This document shows, piece by piece, positions 27,697 to 37,532 of a DNA stretch of 64,000 nucleotides. Location: positions 28,261 to 92,260 of the forward strand of contig CAWKMY010000003.1 in the NCBI GenBank assembly GCA_963851055.1, read 5' to 3'. Below the pieces are notes generated by a model. It ran no database searches. It was not told the origin of the DNA and saw nothing but the letters and a program-made list of their open reading frames with translations. This DNA comes from an uncultured bacterium. GTDB lineage: Bacteria; Patescibacteriota; Minisyncoccia; Phycocordibacterales; PALSA-1337. Within the stretch, counting starts at the first letter, position 1. Each line of letters opens with the position of its first letter. A program made the translations under genes and the position numbers.

Positions 27697-27912
27697 TTAG
27701 ATTTTATTGATTGTTTTTCCATAAATCCAGCCAATCACACAGCCGATAATAAACCATATTAATAAGTTTCCTATAACTGTGATGTGAAGAATACCAGGAA
27801 TCAAATTCTGGATAGTATCTCTAGCAGAAAATGTGAGACCAACGAACAGCATTATAGCTACGTACCCAAGCAATACAATCACTCCGCCTCTTAACCAATA
27901 TCTTTTTTTCAT
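27697..27912 (-). CDS. Small two-TM membrane protein
   Basis: 71 aa: MKKRYWLRGGVIVLLGYVAIMLFVGL...LLIWFIIGCVIGWIYG. Confidence 0.5.
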   Translation of the reverse strand: MKKRYWLRGGVIVLLGYVAIMLFVGLTFSARDTIQNLIPGILHITVIGNLLIWFIIGCVIGWIYGKTINKI

Positions 27913-27926
27913 AGAATAATTTTATT

Positions 27927-28958
27927 TTACACCAACCTCCCCGCCTTTATGACATGATCCACCAATGTATACGTATACCCCATCTCATTGTCATACCAAG
28001 CCAAAACTTTAACCAAATTCCCACCAACGACGCGGGTAAAGGCCAGATCTGCTATAGAAGCATGACGATTACCGATGATATCGTGCGAAACTAGATCTTC
28101 TTCTGTGACTGTGAATATGCCATTCCAGCGAGGTGAGGCGGCGGCTTTCTTCAAAATGGAATTGACCTCTTCAGCAGTAGTATCCTTCTTGGAAATGAAT
28201 GTGACATCGACGATTGAGCCTGTAACAACTGGTACGCGGATGGAAATGCCGTCGAACTTTCCTTTTAATTGAGTAGCGACCTGAGTGACAGCGATAGCGG
28301 CACCTGTCGAAGACGGCACAATATTCTGGGCGGCGGCGCGGCCTTCACGGAGATCTTTCTTGGCTGGACCATCGACGAGAGACTGTGAAGCCGTGTAAGC
28401 GTGAACCGTATTGAGCAAAGCTTTTTCAATGCCGAGCGCTTCATCAAGAATGGCTATTAGGGGCGAACCTGCATTGGTCGTGCAAGAAGCATTCGAGGAA
28501 ATAGCGCAAGTCTCAAGCTTGTCCTCATTCATACCCATGAGAACGGTCACGCCTTTAACCCTGGAATCCGGAGCATCCTTGACTGGAGCGGTGACTACTA
28601 CCCTCTTGGCGCCGGCGTCTATATGAGCTTGAGCTTTCTCTGAAGTAGTAAAGAGGCCGGTGGATTCGACGACAACGTCTATGCCCATGGATTTCCAAGG
28701 CAAATGGGTCGGATCTTTTTCACTGATGAATTGGACTTCTTGACCATCTATGATGAGCAAGCTCTTTGCTTCATCACAGCTGACTTCGAATTGGCTGACA
28801 CCATATGCTGTATCGTATTTCAGCAAATAAGCGAAGTTCTTCAAACTACCAAGGTCATTGATAGCAACTAGCTCTATCTCTTCGCGGTCCTTGGCTATCT
28901 TGGCAAAGGCCCTGCCGATGCGGCCGAATCCGTTGATTGCTACGCGAGTTTTTTTCAT
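27927..28958 (-). CDS. gap: Glyceraldehyde-3-phosphate dehydrogenase, type I
   Basis: NAD motif RVAINGFGRIGR, catalytic SNASCTTN and WYDNEMGY. Confidence 0.95.
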   Translation of the reverse strand: MKKTRVAINGFGRIGRAFAKIAKDREEIELVAINDLGSLKNFAYLLKYDTAYGVSQFEVSCDEAKSLLIIDGQEVQFISEKDPTHLPWKSMGIDVVVESTGLFTTSEKAQAHIDAGAKRVVVTAPVKDAPDSRVKGVTVLMGMNEDKLETCAISSNASCTTNAGSPLIAILDEALGIEKALLNTVHAYTASQSLVDGPAKKDLREGRAAAQNIVPSSTGAAIAVTQVATQLKGKFDGISIRVPVVTGSIVDVTFISKKDTTAEEVNSILKKAAASPRWNGIFTVTEEDLVSHDIIGNRHASIADLAFTRVVGGNLVKVLAWYDNEMGYTYTLVDHVIKAGRLV

Positions 28959-29101
28959 AAATAAAGAAAGATTAGTCGGTTAAAGTTGTGGATTAATGGC
29001 TATGGAAATATTATAGCATAGTGTGTATACTCAAATATGGAATCTCAGGCATGGCGCTTGGGACTGAAAATACGGTTAACAAGAACGACCAACATTGAAA
29101 A

Positions 29102-29512
29102 ATGAACATACCAGCATTGAATAAACCTGAAATGGCCAGACAGATTATAATCCGTGCGTTTGATGACCTGAGAGCGAGGACGGATCTCGAACTCCAAGAC
29201 TTCAAGTGCACATCCGTCGGGAGATGGCTCGAATTCAAAGTGGTCTTGCACGGCGAATATTCTTTCCTGATGTATTTTGGGGCGACAAGGAAAGTATTGA
29301 GCCATTGCCGCAGAATGTGTCGCACTGGCCGCCGCTATGTGCAAGGTGTCGCCTTCGATATGAAACAAGGTTTTGAAGAACTTAAGAGAAAGATTGCCGA
29401 GCGCATAATTTCTGTCCGTCAAGCATTCTCATGCGGCAATCGGGCTGTTGTCAGCCACCCAGACGACGATGCTTTCGATCGTGATGAACCCAGTTTGGCT
29501 TTTGCACGCTAA
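29102..29512 (+). CDS. Hypothetical protein
   Basis: 136-aa ORF followed by a good plus-strand terminator at 29589-29616. No recognised motif. Confidence 0.4.
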   Translation: MNIPALNKPEMARQIIIRAFDDLRARTDLELQDFKCTSVGRWLEFKVVLHGEYSFLMYFGATRKVLSHCRRMCRTGRRYVQGVAFDMKQGFEELKRKIAERIISVRQAFSCGNRAVVSHPDDDAFDRDEPSLAFAR

Positions 29513-29588
29513 ACCCATGTTCCTTTCGAGCATGGCGCCACTACCGGCGCGTTGACCCAGCTCGGTATTTCAAATTTTAGTCTCTCAT

Positions 29589-29616
29589 GCGCGACTCTCC
29601 CAGTCGCGCCTTTTTA
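29589..29616 (+). terminator. Rho-independent terminator
   Basis: Stem gcgcgact/agtcgcgc, loop ctccc, followed by cttttta. Confidence 0.65.
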
Positions 29617-29673
29617 TTGCAATAAGTAATATTCCTTATTGGCCAAAACTGTAATGGCTACAATCAAGCTAAC

Positions 29674-30273
29674 ATGCAAGAATGGCTAGTCACCCTCGCC
29701 ACCCACTATCCGTATATCATATACGGCATTATCGTTGTCGTGGCCTGCTCAGAAGGCCCATATCTGTCCATGATATGCGGCTTCCTCCTGCGCTTTGGCT
29801 ATTTCGCATTCTGGCCACTTTACATAGCCCTAATGGTCGGCGACCTCATAGGCGACGTCATCTGGTATTACATAGGCAGGCATTATGGCCATCGCTTTAT
29901 CGCTCGTTTCGGAAAGTATTTCAATATTACCGAGGATAATGTCGGCAAGGTTGAGCGAGTCTTTCATAAATACAAGCATTCCATCTTATTCATTTCCAAG
30001 ATAAGTAATGGCTTCGGCTTCGCCCTGGTCACTCTGGTCACCGCCGGCATGGTCAAGGTGCCATTCTGGTTCTACATGTTGGTCAATGCCATCGGCCAAC
30101 TCATATGGTCAGGATTGCTCATTGGCGTCGGCTACTTCTTCGGGCACTTCTATGAACAAGCAAATGGGATACTAGCCAAAATGGCTGTATTCGCAGCTCT
30201 GGTCGTAGTATTCGCCCTATTCATGGGTTATAGGAAATATCTGGCCAAGAAAGCGGCAAGCATTAACGTATGA
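29674..30273 (+). CDS. DedA-family membrane protein
   Basis: Multi-TM protein with MVGDLIGDVIWYYIGRHYGHRF, the typical DedA/SNARE-associated motif. Confidence 0.8.
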   Translation: MQEWLVTLATHYPYIIYGIIVVVACSEGPYLSMICGFLLRFGYFAFWPLYIALMVGDLIGDVIWYYIGRHYGHRFIARFGKYFNITEDNVGKVERVFHKYKHSILFISKISNGFGFALVTLVTAGMVKVPFWFYMLVNAIGQLIWSGLLIGVGYFFGHFYEQANGILAKMAVFAALVVVFALFMGYRKYLAKKAASINV

Positions 30274-30324
30274 ATAATAAGCAATGCCCAATGATCATTG
30301 AAAATTGGTCATTAAATAATTAAC

Positions 30325-31068
30325 ATGATCTCCATCGTCATCCCAACATATAACGAAAAAGACGCCATCGAAGGCGCCTTGGCCCAATTCAAGTCCCTGA
30401 CTTTGCCGCATGAAATCATTGTCACCGATGATAAGAGCACTGATAATACTGTCGAATTGGCTCGGAAATACAGCGTTACAGTCCTTGTTCCTGAATCAAA
30501 GCATATTTCAATATCGGCCAATAGAAACGATGGCGTAAGACATTCCAATGGAGATTTTCTAGTCTTCATAGACGCTGACAGCAGGATAAAAGAGCCGCAA
30601 GCTTTCTTCATCAGGGCTTTGAAAGACTTTGACGATGATCCGAATCTAGTAGCCCTAACAGGCAAGCTCAATGTATCACCAGAGCTTGAAACATTTGGAG
30701 ACAAAATAGTTTATGCCATTTTCAATATAGTTCACCGAGTTAAAAATAATGTCCTGCATATGGGCGAAGCCCCGGGCAGGTTTCAGATGATGCGTCGAGA
30801 CGCTTTCGATAAGGTCAATGGATATCGCGAAGACCTGATCACGCGTGAAGACGGCGACATGTTTGCCCGGCTTTCCAAAATTGGCAGAACTATGTGCGAC
30901 CACAAGCTCGAGGTATTCCACAGCGGCAGGCGCGCGCACGCCATCGGCTGGCCGAAATTATTGACGATATGGATGGTAGAGACATTCTGGGTGGCCGCTT
31001 TCGGTACTACCAGATCCAAAAATTGGGAACGCTGGTGGGAAAAGGATGCTAAAGCGCGAAATAATTAA
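30325..31068 (+). CDS. Family-2 glycosyltransferase
   Basis: ISIVIPTYNEKDAI, TDDKSTDNT and IDADS. Confidence 0.8.
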   Translation: MISIVIPTYNEKDAIEGALAQFKSLTLPHEIIVTDDKSTDNTVELARKYSVTVLVPESKHISISANRNDGVRHSNGDFLVFIDADSRIKEPQAFFIRALKDFDDDPNLVALTGKLNVSPELETFGDKIVYAIFNIVHRVKNNVLHMGEAPGRFQMMRRDAFDKVNGYREDLITREDGDMFARLSKIGRTMCDHKLEVFHSGRRAHAIGWPKLLTIWMVETFWVAAFGTTRSKNWERWWEKDAKARNN

Positions 31069-31100
31069 GCACGCGATTTATTTAAAAGTATTTAAAGATC

Positions 31101-31835
31101 ATGAAAGTCTCCGTAGTCATACCAGCTCACAACGAAGAAAAGCGCATAGCAGGCGCCATTGAAGCACTGCTCAAACAAAATTATCATTGGTATGAGATCA
31201 TCGTCGTAGACAATGCATCTATAGACAGAACAACTCAAATAGCCAGCCAATTCCCTGTCACTGTGGTCTATGAGGGACGCAAAGGCCTGTTATGGGCACG
31301 GGAACGAGGACGCAAAGAGGCTGACGGCGATATCATAGCCAATATGGACGCCGACTGCAGACCGGAACCAGACTGGATATCCCGAGGGCTTTCTCACTTT
31401 CGGAGCAAGGATATAGTGGCCGTGACTGGACCGTATGATTATCATGATAGCGGAACATTCTTCAGATGGTCTTCGCTTGCGGCTCAGAGATTTATATACA
31501 GGCCAGTGTCTGCCATATTGCAGTCTAAGATGGTCAATAGCGGCGCAGTCCTGATCGGCGGCAACAACTTCATCCGAGCGGAAGTTCTGGAAAAGATGGG
31601 CGGATACAATACCGACCTTCTTTTCTACGGAGAAGACACCGACACGGCTAAGCGTGTTTCCAAGCATGGTAAGATAGTCTTCAGCCCAAAAATGGCCATA
31701 AAAACTTCCGCCAACAGATTCAAATCAGAAGGCTTCATAAACATTACGGCGAAATATTGGTTCCATTTCCTCAAACATATAGTAAAAGGGAAGGCGGTAA
31801 AAAAGGCAGATTCTGGTAAGAAAAAGGCTAAATAA
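31101..31835 (+). CDS. Family-2 glycosyltransferase
   Basis: VSVVIPAHNEEKRI, VVDNASIDRT and MDADC. Confidence 0.8.
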   Translation: MKVSVVIPAHNEEKRIAGAIEALLKQNYHWYEIIVVDNASIDRTTQIASQFPVTVVYEGRKGLLWARERGRKEADGDIIANMDADCRPEPDWISRGLSHFRSKDIVAVTGPYDYHDSGTFFRWSSLAAQRFIYRPVSAILQSKMVNSGAVLIGGNNFIRAEVLEKMGGYNTDLLFYGEDTDTAKRVSKHGKIVFSPKMAIKTSANRFKSEGFINITAKYWFHFLKHIVKGKAVKKADSGKKKAK

Positions 31836-31840
31836 AAAGA

Positions 31841-31870
31841 CCGCTTGAGTGAACAAGCGGCTTGTGCTTT
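31841..31870 (+). terminator. Probable terminator after the GT2 pair
   Basis: Stem ccgcttg/caagcgg, loop agtgaa, followed by cttgtgcttt (weak U tract). Confidence 0.45.
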
Positions 31871-31923
31871 ACGGCGCTTCCTGCTATAATACTTCACGCA
31901 CTTAACTATTAATCAAATTAACC

Positions 31924-32349
31924 ATGTCTACCCGTAAATCCAACACAACAGGAGATGACACGGCTTCCCTATTGATGTCCTTCACCAGGTCGCTACACCA
32001 GCATGTCCGGGCCACTTCGCCGGAGTACTCATTTCCCTGCATGAAGACGATGATGGTCGCCCGCGATCACGGTAACCCTACTATGACCCAAATAGCCGAG
32101 GAGATCGGTGTCTCTTCTCCTGCAATAACAGCCATCATCGATCGTCTTGTAGAAGACGGCGAGATGACGCGAGAAGAAGATCCGAGTGACAGGCGCGTGG
32201 TTCGAGTCTCCATGACTCCGCGCGGTAAGACGACTCTGGAGAAGTCCCTTAGGATTTGGCATAGCGCTATTACAGAGAGATTATCGGTATTGTCGAAAGT
32301 TGAACGTGAGAACTTGGCAAGCACTCTGAAGAAGCTGGTCGCGGCATAA
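31924..32349 (+). CDS. MarR-family transcriptional regulator
   Basis: Winged helix MTQIAEEIGVSSPAITAIIDRLVEDGEMTREEDPSDRRVVRVSMTPRGK. Heads an efflux operon. Confidence 0.8.
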   Translation: MSTRKSNTTGDDTASLLMSFTRSLHQHVRATSPEYSFPCMKTMMVARDHGNPTMTQIAEEIGVSSPAITAIIDRLVEDGEMTREEDPSDRRVVRVSMTPRGKTTLEKSLRIWHSAITERLSVLSKVERENLASTLKKLVAA

Positions 32350-32382
32350 TTATCATCGTCTTTAATAGAGCATAATAATCAC

Positions 32383-33957
32383 ATGGACCTGAAACAAAAA
32401 TACATATGGATCGGCATCGGCATAGTCGTTGTCGCTATAACGGTAGTCGGCATCATTTACGCATTTTCCAGGCACACATTGTCATACAGTACGGCGACAG
32501 TAGAGAGACGCGACCTCGCGGAAACAGTTTCAGTGACGGGAAATGTGGCGGCAAGCCAGACCGTATCTTTGGCTTTTGGCCTTCAAGGCAGGATAGCCGC
32601 CGTGAATGTCCAAACCGGAGACACGGTCAGCAAAGGCGAAGCTCTGGCTTTACTCGATCAGAACTCTATACAAGCCGGACTAGACGGAGCTGAAGCCGAT
32701 CTAGACGCCGCACAAGCGCAATTGGCCAAACTTCAGGAGGGCGCCAGACCGGAAGAATTGGACATATATCAGCAAAAATACAGCGATGCCTCTACCGCTC
32801 TCATCGTAGCCATGAACAATGCCTATCTACAGGTGAATGACGCCATCATAAACAAGACTGACGCACTATTCACCAACGGAGGCACGGTCAATCCCGTCAT
32901 AAATATAAGGACCCAGAGCGTGACGGAACAGTTGAATATAAATCAGGAAAGAGTGGCCTTGAAAGACACTCTAGACACTTGGAAGAGCGCTCTCTCGACG
33001 CTCTCCGCAGCCAATGTCGAAGGTGTCGCAACCTCGTCGGCCTCATTTGATTCGGCAAGAACTATCGCCGCGAACGCCCTTTCCAAAGCTCAGATATTCC
33101 TCAGCGACTTGAGCTCTATAGCCGGAAACATGTCAGTCGGCAATTCCGGACTTTCCCAAACGCAAATATCAACCGATACAGCCATAGTCAATGCCGCCAG
33201 CCAGGAAGTGACTGGTACAACCAATGCGGAAACGACTGCGGACGCAGCCTGGAGTTCGGCCAGGGATTCTCTTTCTCTGGAACAAGCCGGATCGCAAAGC
33301 CAAGATATCCAGTCGCAGCAGGCCGCGGTAGCCAAAGCTCAAGCTGAAGTAGAGTTGTATAAAAGCGAACTTACACAAAGCACTATCGCAGCTCCGTTCG
33401 ACGGAACTATCACCGAAGTCAGCATGAAAGTAGGACAAACATTCGTCCCGGGCTTGTCCGCGGGTGAAGATATCCAATTAGAGAGCTCTCCAGACTTCGA
33501 AATAGACGGCTATATGCCTGAAAATGATGTGGGTATAGTGGCCGCCGGCGACACTGCCACCGTTACTTTTGACGCTTATGGAGCCAATTCCGTATTTCCG
33601 GCATATATATCATTGGTTGATCCTGCCGAGACCGTGGTGAACGGAGTAAATTCATATAAAGTCACCTTGCGCTTCCCTACTCCCGATGCACGCATCAAAT
33701 CAGGTCTAACGGCCAATGCCGTTATCACCGCCGCCACGGCCACAAACGCTCTGGCTGTGCCTTCCAGCGCTCTCATCACCAAAGGCAATCAAATATTCGT
33801 CTTGGCGAAACGGACGGATGGTTCATTCACTGAACAAGCCGTCACCACGGGTATTTCGAGCGGAGATGGATATACTGAAATAACTTCTGGTCTGAACGAG
33901 GGAGATGCTATCGCCAGCTTCGGCGGCAGCGCCGATAACAGCGCCAATAATTATTAA
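32383..33957 (+). CDS. Efflux periplasmic adaptor / membrane-fusion protein (HlyD family, long coiled coil)
   Basis: N-terminal TM and a lipoyl-like hairpin half GRIAAVNVQTGDTVSKGEALALLD. A long Ala/Gln-rich coiled coil is followed by a second hairpin half APFDGTITEV and beta-barrel domains. Confidence 0.7.
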   Translation: MDLKQKYIWIGIGIVVVAITVVGIIYAFSRHTLSYSTATVERRDLAETVSVTGNVAASQTVSLAFGLQGRIAAVNVQTGDTVSKGEALALLDQNSIQAGLDGAEADLDAAQAQLAKLQEGARPEELDIYQQKYSDASTALIVAMNNAYLQVNDAIINKTDALFTNGGTVNPVINIRTQSVTEQLNINQERVALKDTLDTWKSALSTLSAANVEGVATSSASFDSARTIAANALSKAQIFLSDLSSIAGNMSVGNSGLSQTQISTDTAIVNAASQEVTGTTNAETTADAAWSSARDSLSLEQAGSQSQDIQSQQAAVAKAQAEVELYKSELTQSTIAAPFDGTITEVSMKVGQTFVPGLSAGEDIQLESSPDFEIDGYMPENDVGIVAAGDTATVTFDAYGANSVFPAYISLVDPAETVVNGVNSYKVTLRFPTPDARIKSGLTANAVITAATATNALAVPSSALITKGNQIFVLAKRTDGSFTEQAVTTGISSGDGYTEITSGLNEGDAIASFGGSADNSANNY

Positions 33958-33993
33958 TATCACGAATTATAATAATCATTAAACATAGATCAT

Positions 33994-34614
33994 ATGGGAA
34001 AATTAACTCAAAACATATATGTCATGACATGCTTGGCCGCTGTAATAGTGATCGGAGGAGCGGCGGGCCTGGCTTACTGGATAATATCTATGGGAAATAT
34101 TTACACCGACGCCGCCATTATATCGGCTGATACGACCAACATATCTCCATCCGCTCCTGGTACGCTAGAACAAGTCTTGGTCAATGTAGGAGATGAAGTT
34201 GGCCCAAATACAGTAGTAGCTCGCGTGGGCAACGAGCTCTTGAAAACCGGCGACACGGAAAGCGTGATCGTCGAGACGGATACAGCCATAGGTACCGCCG
34301 TCACTCCGGCTACTCCGGTAGTTCAAGTGATCGATCCTGGAAGTCTACGAGTAGTAGCTAGTGTAGACGAAGACAAAGGATTGAGTTCGATCAAGCTCGG
34401 AGATCAAGTGGTCTTCACTGTGGATGCCTTCGGCTCGCAGAAATTCCAGGGCATTGTGGATGAGATAAGCCCGACCGCCAAACAAGAGGACGTGGTCTTC
34501 AATATCTCCGACAAGCGCCAAACCAACCAATTCGACGTAAAGATCCGCTTTGACACGAATACCTATCCGCAACTGAAAAACGGCATGTCAGCCAAGGTGT
34601 GGATATATAAATAA
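33994..34614 (+). CDS. HlyD-family secretion protein (short EmrA-like adaptor)
   Basis: N-terminal TM, GTLEQVLVNVGDEVGPNTVVARV and GDQVVFTVDAFGSQKFQGIVDEISP. Confidence 0.65.
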   Translation: MGKLTQNIYVMTCLAAVIVIGGAAGLAYWIISMGNIYTDAAIISADTTNISPSAPGTLEQVLVNVGDEVGPNTVVARVGNELLKTGDTESVIVETDTAIGTAVTPATPVVQVIDPGSLRVVASVDEDKGLSSIKLGDQVVFTVDAFGSQKFQGIVDEISPTAKQEDVVFNISDKRQTNQFDVKIRFDTNTYPQLKNGMSAKVWIYK

Positions 34615-34622
34615 AGCTTCTG

Positions 34623-36122
34623 ATGAAGAAGAGTAACCTCCAATGGCTTGTCCTGTTAACCGTCATCATCGGGACTTTTCTTGGCCGCTTGGACCAGACC
34701 ATCGTCAACTTGGCATTGCCCAAGATGATCAATGATTTCGGCATCACAGTTACTTCCGCTGGCTGGATAGCCACGGCCTACATTATAGCCAACGCGGTCT
34801 TCGTGCCCGTATGGGGTAAGCTTGGCGATACCATCGGCCGCAAGAAGGTCTATATATTCGGTTTCGTCATGTTCATAGTGAGCTCTGTCTTCGCCGGTTT
34901 GGCATGGAATTTCCCTTCCATGATAGTCTTCCGCGTCATGCAGGCTATCGCCAGTTCTGCTGACTATCCCACGGCTATGGCCATATTGGCGGTGACTTTC
35001 ACCGACTTCAAACAGAGAGGCCAGGCTCTGGGCATATGGTCTTCGGCTTTCGCCGCTTCGGCTGTGCTAGGACCCTTGATCGGTGGCCCGCTCATAGACA
35101 ATTTCGGCTGGCGCTCGATATTCCTCCTGAACTTGCCTGTCGGCCTCATAGGTCTAGCCATGGCTCTGGCTTTCGTGGAAGAATCCGTCTCTGATAACAA
35201 GACTCGCAAATTTGACTGGTGGGGTGCCATCACTCTGGGCGGAGCATTGGCGTCGCTGGTCATGGTCCTAGACCAAGGTACAACTTGGGGCTGGACATCC
35301 ATGAACAGCATGCTCTCATACCTCGGTATCGCGGTATTTTCCATAGCTTTCGCCGTCATCGAGCGCAATCATGCAGAACCTATCGTCGATTTCAAATTCT
35401 TCAAAAATGAGACCTTCACAACAGCCCTCATCAATAACTTCATCATATTCATGGGAATGATGGGTAGCGTATTCATCATACCTATATTCGCTCAAACATT
35501 TCTGGGTATGACAGCCACGGAAGCAGGTTATCTCTTCATACCAATGGCCATCGGCATGATGATAGCCGCTCCTATAGGCGGTCGACTTATCGGCAAAGTC
35601 AAACCAAATTATATTATAGCGGCCAGCACATTTGGCGCTGCCGTGAGCATATATCTCTTCTCTATCCTGCTCGACCCGCGCTCTGGAGCCTTGGATATTA
35701 TCGTTCCCCTTTCTATGATGGCCTTCTCTATGGGCTTCGCCATGGCCCAGAGGACGAGCCTCATAACCAATTCCGTGCCGACGGCTGAAGTTGGCGTTGC
35801 GTCATCCATATTGGCTTTGGCTAGAAATATCGCTGGAGCAGTCGGTATAGCCATATCCGGCACTATCATAAACAATATGAGCAACAATATCGTCGTCAAC
35901 ATAGCTCGTTATAGCACACTGCACTTAACCAATCCTTCCCAGTTGTCCACGGCTATAGGTCTGATGGAACTCAAGGCTCAAGTGTCTGCATATGCCATGG
36001 TATTTAACATATCGGCCATAGTGGTATTCGTAGGCTTCATCGCGGCTTTCTGGATCAAGACCAAGCCGCGCGAAGGTGCTCCCGATCCTGTGGCTGAACA
36101 GGCGGCTATGATGGTTGAGTAA
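34623..36122 (+). CDS. MFS drug:H+ antiporter, 14-TM DHA2 (EmrB/QacA) type
   Basis: About 14 hydrophobic segments. MFS motif A is GKLGDTIGRKKV, and the N-terminus LDQTIVNLALPKM is typical of EmrB/QacA. Confidence 0.85.
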   Translation: MKKSNLQWLVLLTVIIGTFLGRLDQTIVNLALPKMINDFGITVTSAGWIATAYIIANAVFVPVWGKLGDTIGRKKVYIFGFVMFIVSSVFAGLAWNFPSMIVFRVMQAIASSADYPTAMAILAVTFTDFKQRGQALGIWSSAFAASAVLGPLIGGPLIDNFGWRSIFLLNLPVGLIGLAMALAFVEESVSDNKTRKFDWWGAITLGGALASLVMVLDQGTTWGWTSMNSMLSYLGIAVFSIAFAVIERNHAEPIVDFKFFKNETFTTALINNFIIFMGMMGSVFIIPIFAQTFLGMTATEAGYLFIPMAIGMMIAAPIGGRLIGKVKPNYIIAASTFGAAVSIYLFSILLDPRSGALDIIVPLSMMAFSMGFAMAQRTSLITNSVPTAEVGVASSILALARNIAGAVGIAISGTIINNMSNNIVVNIARYSTLHLTNPSQLSTAIGLMELKAQVSAYAMVFNISAIVVFVGFIAAFWIKTKPREGAPDPVAEQAAMMVE

Positions 36123-37049
36123 TTACTGCGTAGTCGTCGAAGCGGAAACCGAAGCACCTAATCCTTTATCGCTGCCAACAATGATCTTGATGATGGCTTG
36201 AACATCTTTCTCCGCGGCTTGAAGATCGCTCTGGGCCGTCTGGACCTTCGTGCGAGCATCTTTCAAAGCGGCAGTGTTAGAAGCGACTACAGTAGTGTCG
36301 CCATTATCCGGCTGTAATGATGAAGTTTCCGTTACAGCAGTATTGGCTTCCGTCGTGGCATCAGCTGTTTTTGAAGTTATATCGGAAAGATCAACTTGAA
36401 TGGTAGCATTGGAATTCAATGTCGCATCTGATGAGATCCTAGTCTGGATCTTTGTCACAACGGTACCGACCATGCTGACGATATTCAAGATACGATCGGA
36501 AGCGGCCGATATCTGGGCTTGAGGTTCGATCAAAGCATACACGCGATAAGATTTGGTGATGGACGCAACATCAGTTCTAAGACTTGTCGTGGACGTATCG
36601 CCGTTGACTTGAGTCTCAAGATTGGTGAGTGTGGTTATTTCCGTTTGGATAGAAGCGGCGAGAGAAGCCTGTTCAGAGCTTGAAAGCTTCTTCATACTCT
36701 GGATGCGGGTCAAAAGCTGATTCAAGCTGGCTATACGCTGGCTGATCATATTGTCTCCGCGGCCTTGGACGTATTGCATACGCTCTTCCGTCGTTGATCC
36801 TGTGCGAGCGGTTGTGGAACCTATTCGGGCGTCAATGCGACCTGAAAAAGGACGCGTACTTGAGCCCATTCTCATGGTGGTAGAAGCATATATGCCGGCT
36901 CGAATGCCTCGCACTGAAGCACTGATAGCGGTATTGACGCCGACACCGACAGCGGCGCTTTGGTCGGTTTGGGCGAATGCCGGAATACCGGCCATGAATA
37001 TGGCGGCTGCGGCAAGAGAAGTTGCTGTTGCTATAAGTTTGGTTTTCAT
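36123..37049 (-). CDS. Secreted alpha-helical Ser/Thr/Ala-rich protein
   Basis: Signal peptide MKTKLIATATSLAAAAIFMAGIPAFAQ (ATG 37049), then low-complexity helical repeats. No recognised family. Confidence 0.5.
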   Translation of the reverse strand: MKTKLIATATSLAAAAIFMAGIPAFAQTDQSAAVGVGVNTAISASVRGIRAGIYASTTMRMGSSTRPFSGRIDARIGSTTARTGSTTEERMQYVQGRGDNMISQRIASLNQLLTRIQSMKKLSSSEQASLAASIQTEITTLTNLETQVNGDTSTTSLRTDVASITKSYRVYALIEPQAQISAASDRILNIVSMVGTVVTKIQTRISSDATLNSNATIQVDLSDITSKTADATTEANTAVTETSSLQPDNGDTTVVASNTAALKDARTKVQTAQSDLQAAEKDVQAIIKIIVGSDKGLGASVSASTTTQ

Positions 37050-37050
37050 A

Positions 37051-37389
37051 TTATTGCGTTGATGAATTATTAACGCTCTGATTGACATTGGATGAATCGG
37101 AGTTCAAACCGTTCATCTGTGAATTTATGGATGATGCGTCGCTCTGTAAGGCTGAATCAGAAGAGTCCGAGGAAGAAGTGGTCAGGCCTGCTTCAGGAGC
37201 CGCGGCTGTAGTCTGAGCCGACGAGCCGTTATTGGAGGCGGAGGTCGAAGGCGAGGCAACGGCGGCAGCGCTTTGATCTGACGGCACTTGCGGCGCAGAA
37301 GACGATGAAGCGCTATACCATACCCAGCCGATGATAATGATGACGATGAGGACCACTAGGGCCGTTATCGTCTTTGCTGTATTTGACAT
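37051..37389 (-). CDS. Single-TM Ser/Ala/Asn-rich low-complexity protein
   Basis: MSNTAKTITALVVLIVIIIIGWVWY followed by an S/A/T/N-rich tail. Its stop lies 1 nt from the downstream gene's start. Confidence 0.45.
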   Translation of the reverse strand: MSNTAKTITALVVLIVIIIIGWVWYSASSSSAPQVPSDQSAAAVASPSTSASNNGSSAQTTAAAPEAGLTTSSSDSSDSALQSDASSINSQMNGLNSDSSNVNQSVNNSSTQ

Positions 37390-37504
37390 ATGTATTGAAA
37401 TTAACTTGTTAATTAATGCTAACGCAAGGATCATTCTACCACATCCTACTTGTAGTCAAGACGTACTGGTGCAAGACTTATTACCAAAGCACAAAATGCT
37501 GGTA

Positions 37505-37532
37505 TAAAAAACGCACCCGGTTAAGAGTGCGT
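37505..37532 (-). terminator. Rho-independent terminator overlapping the stop of the 37521..38756 gene
   Basis: The minus strand reads acgcac-tcttaaccgg-gtgcgt followed by tttttata. Confidence 0.55.
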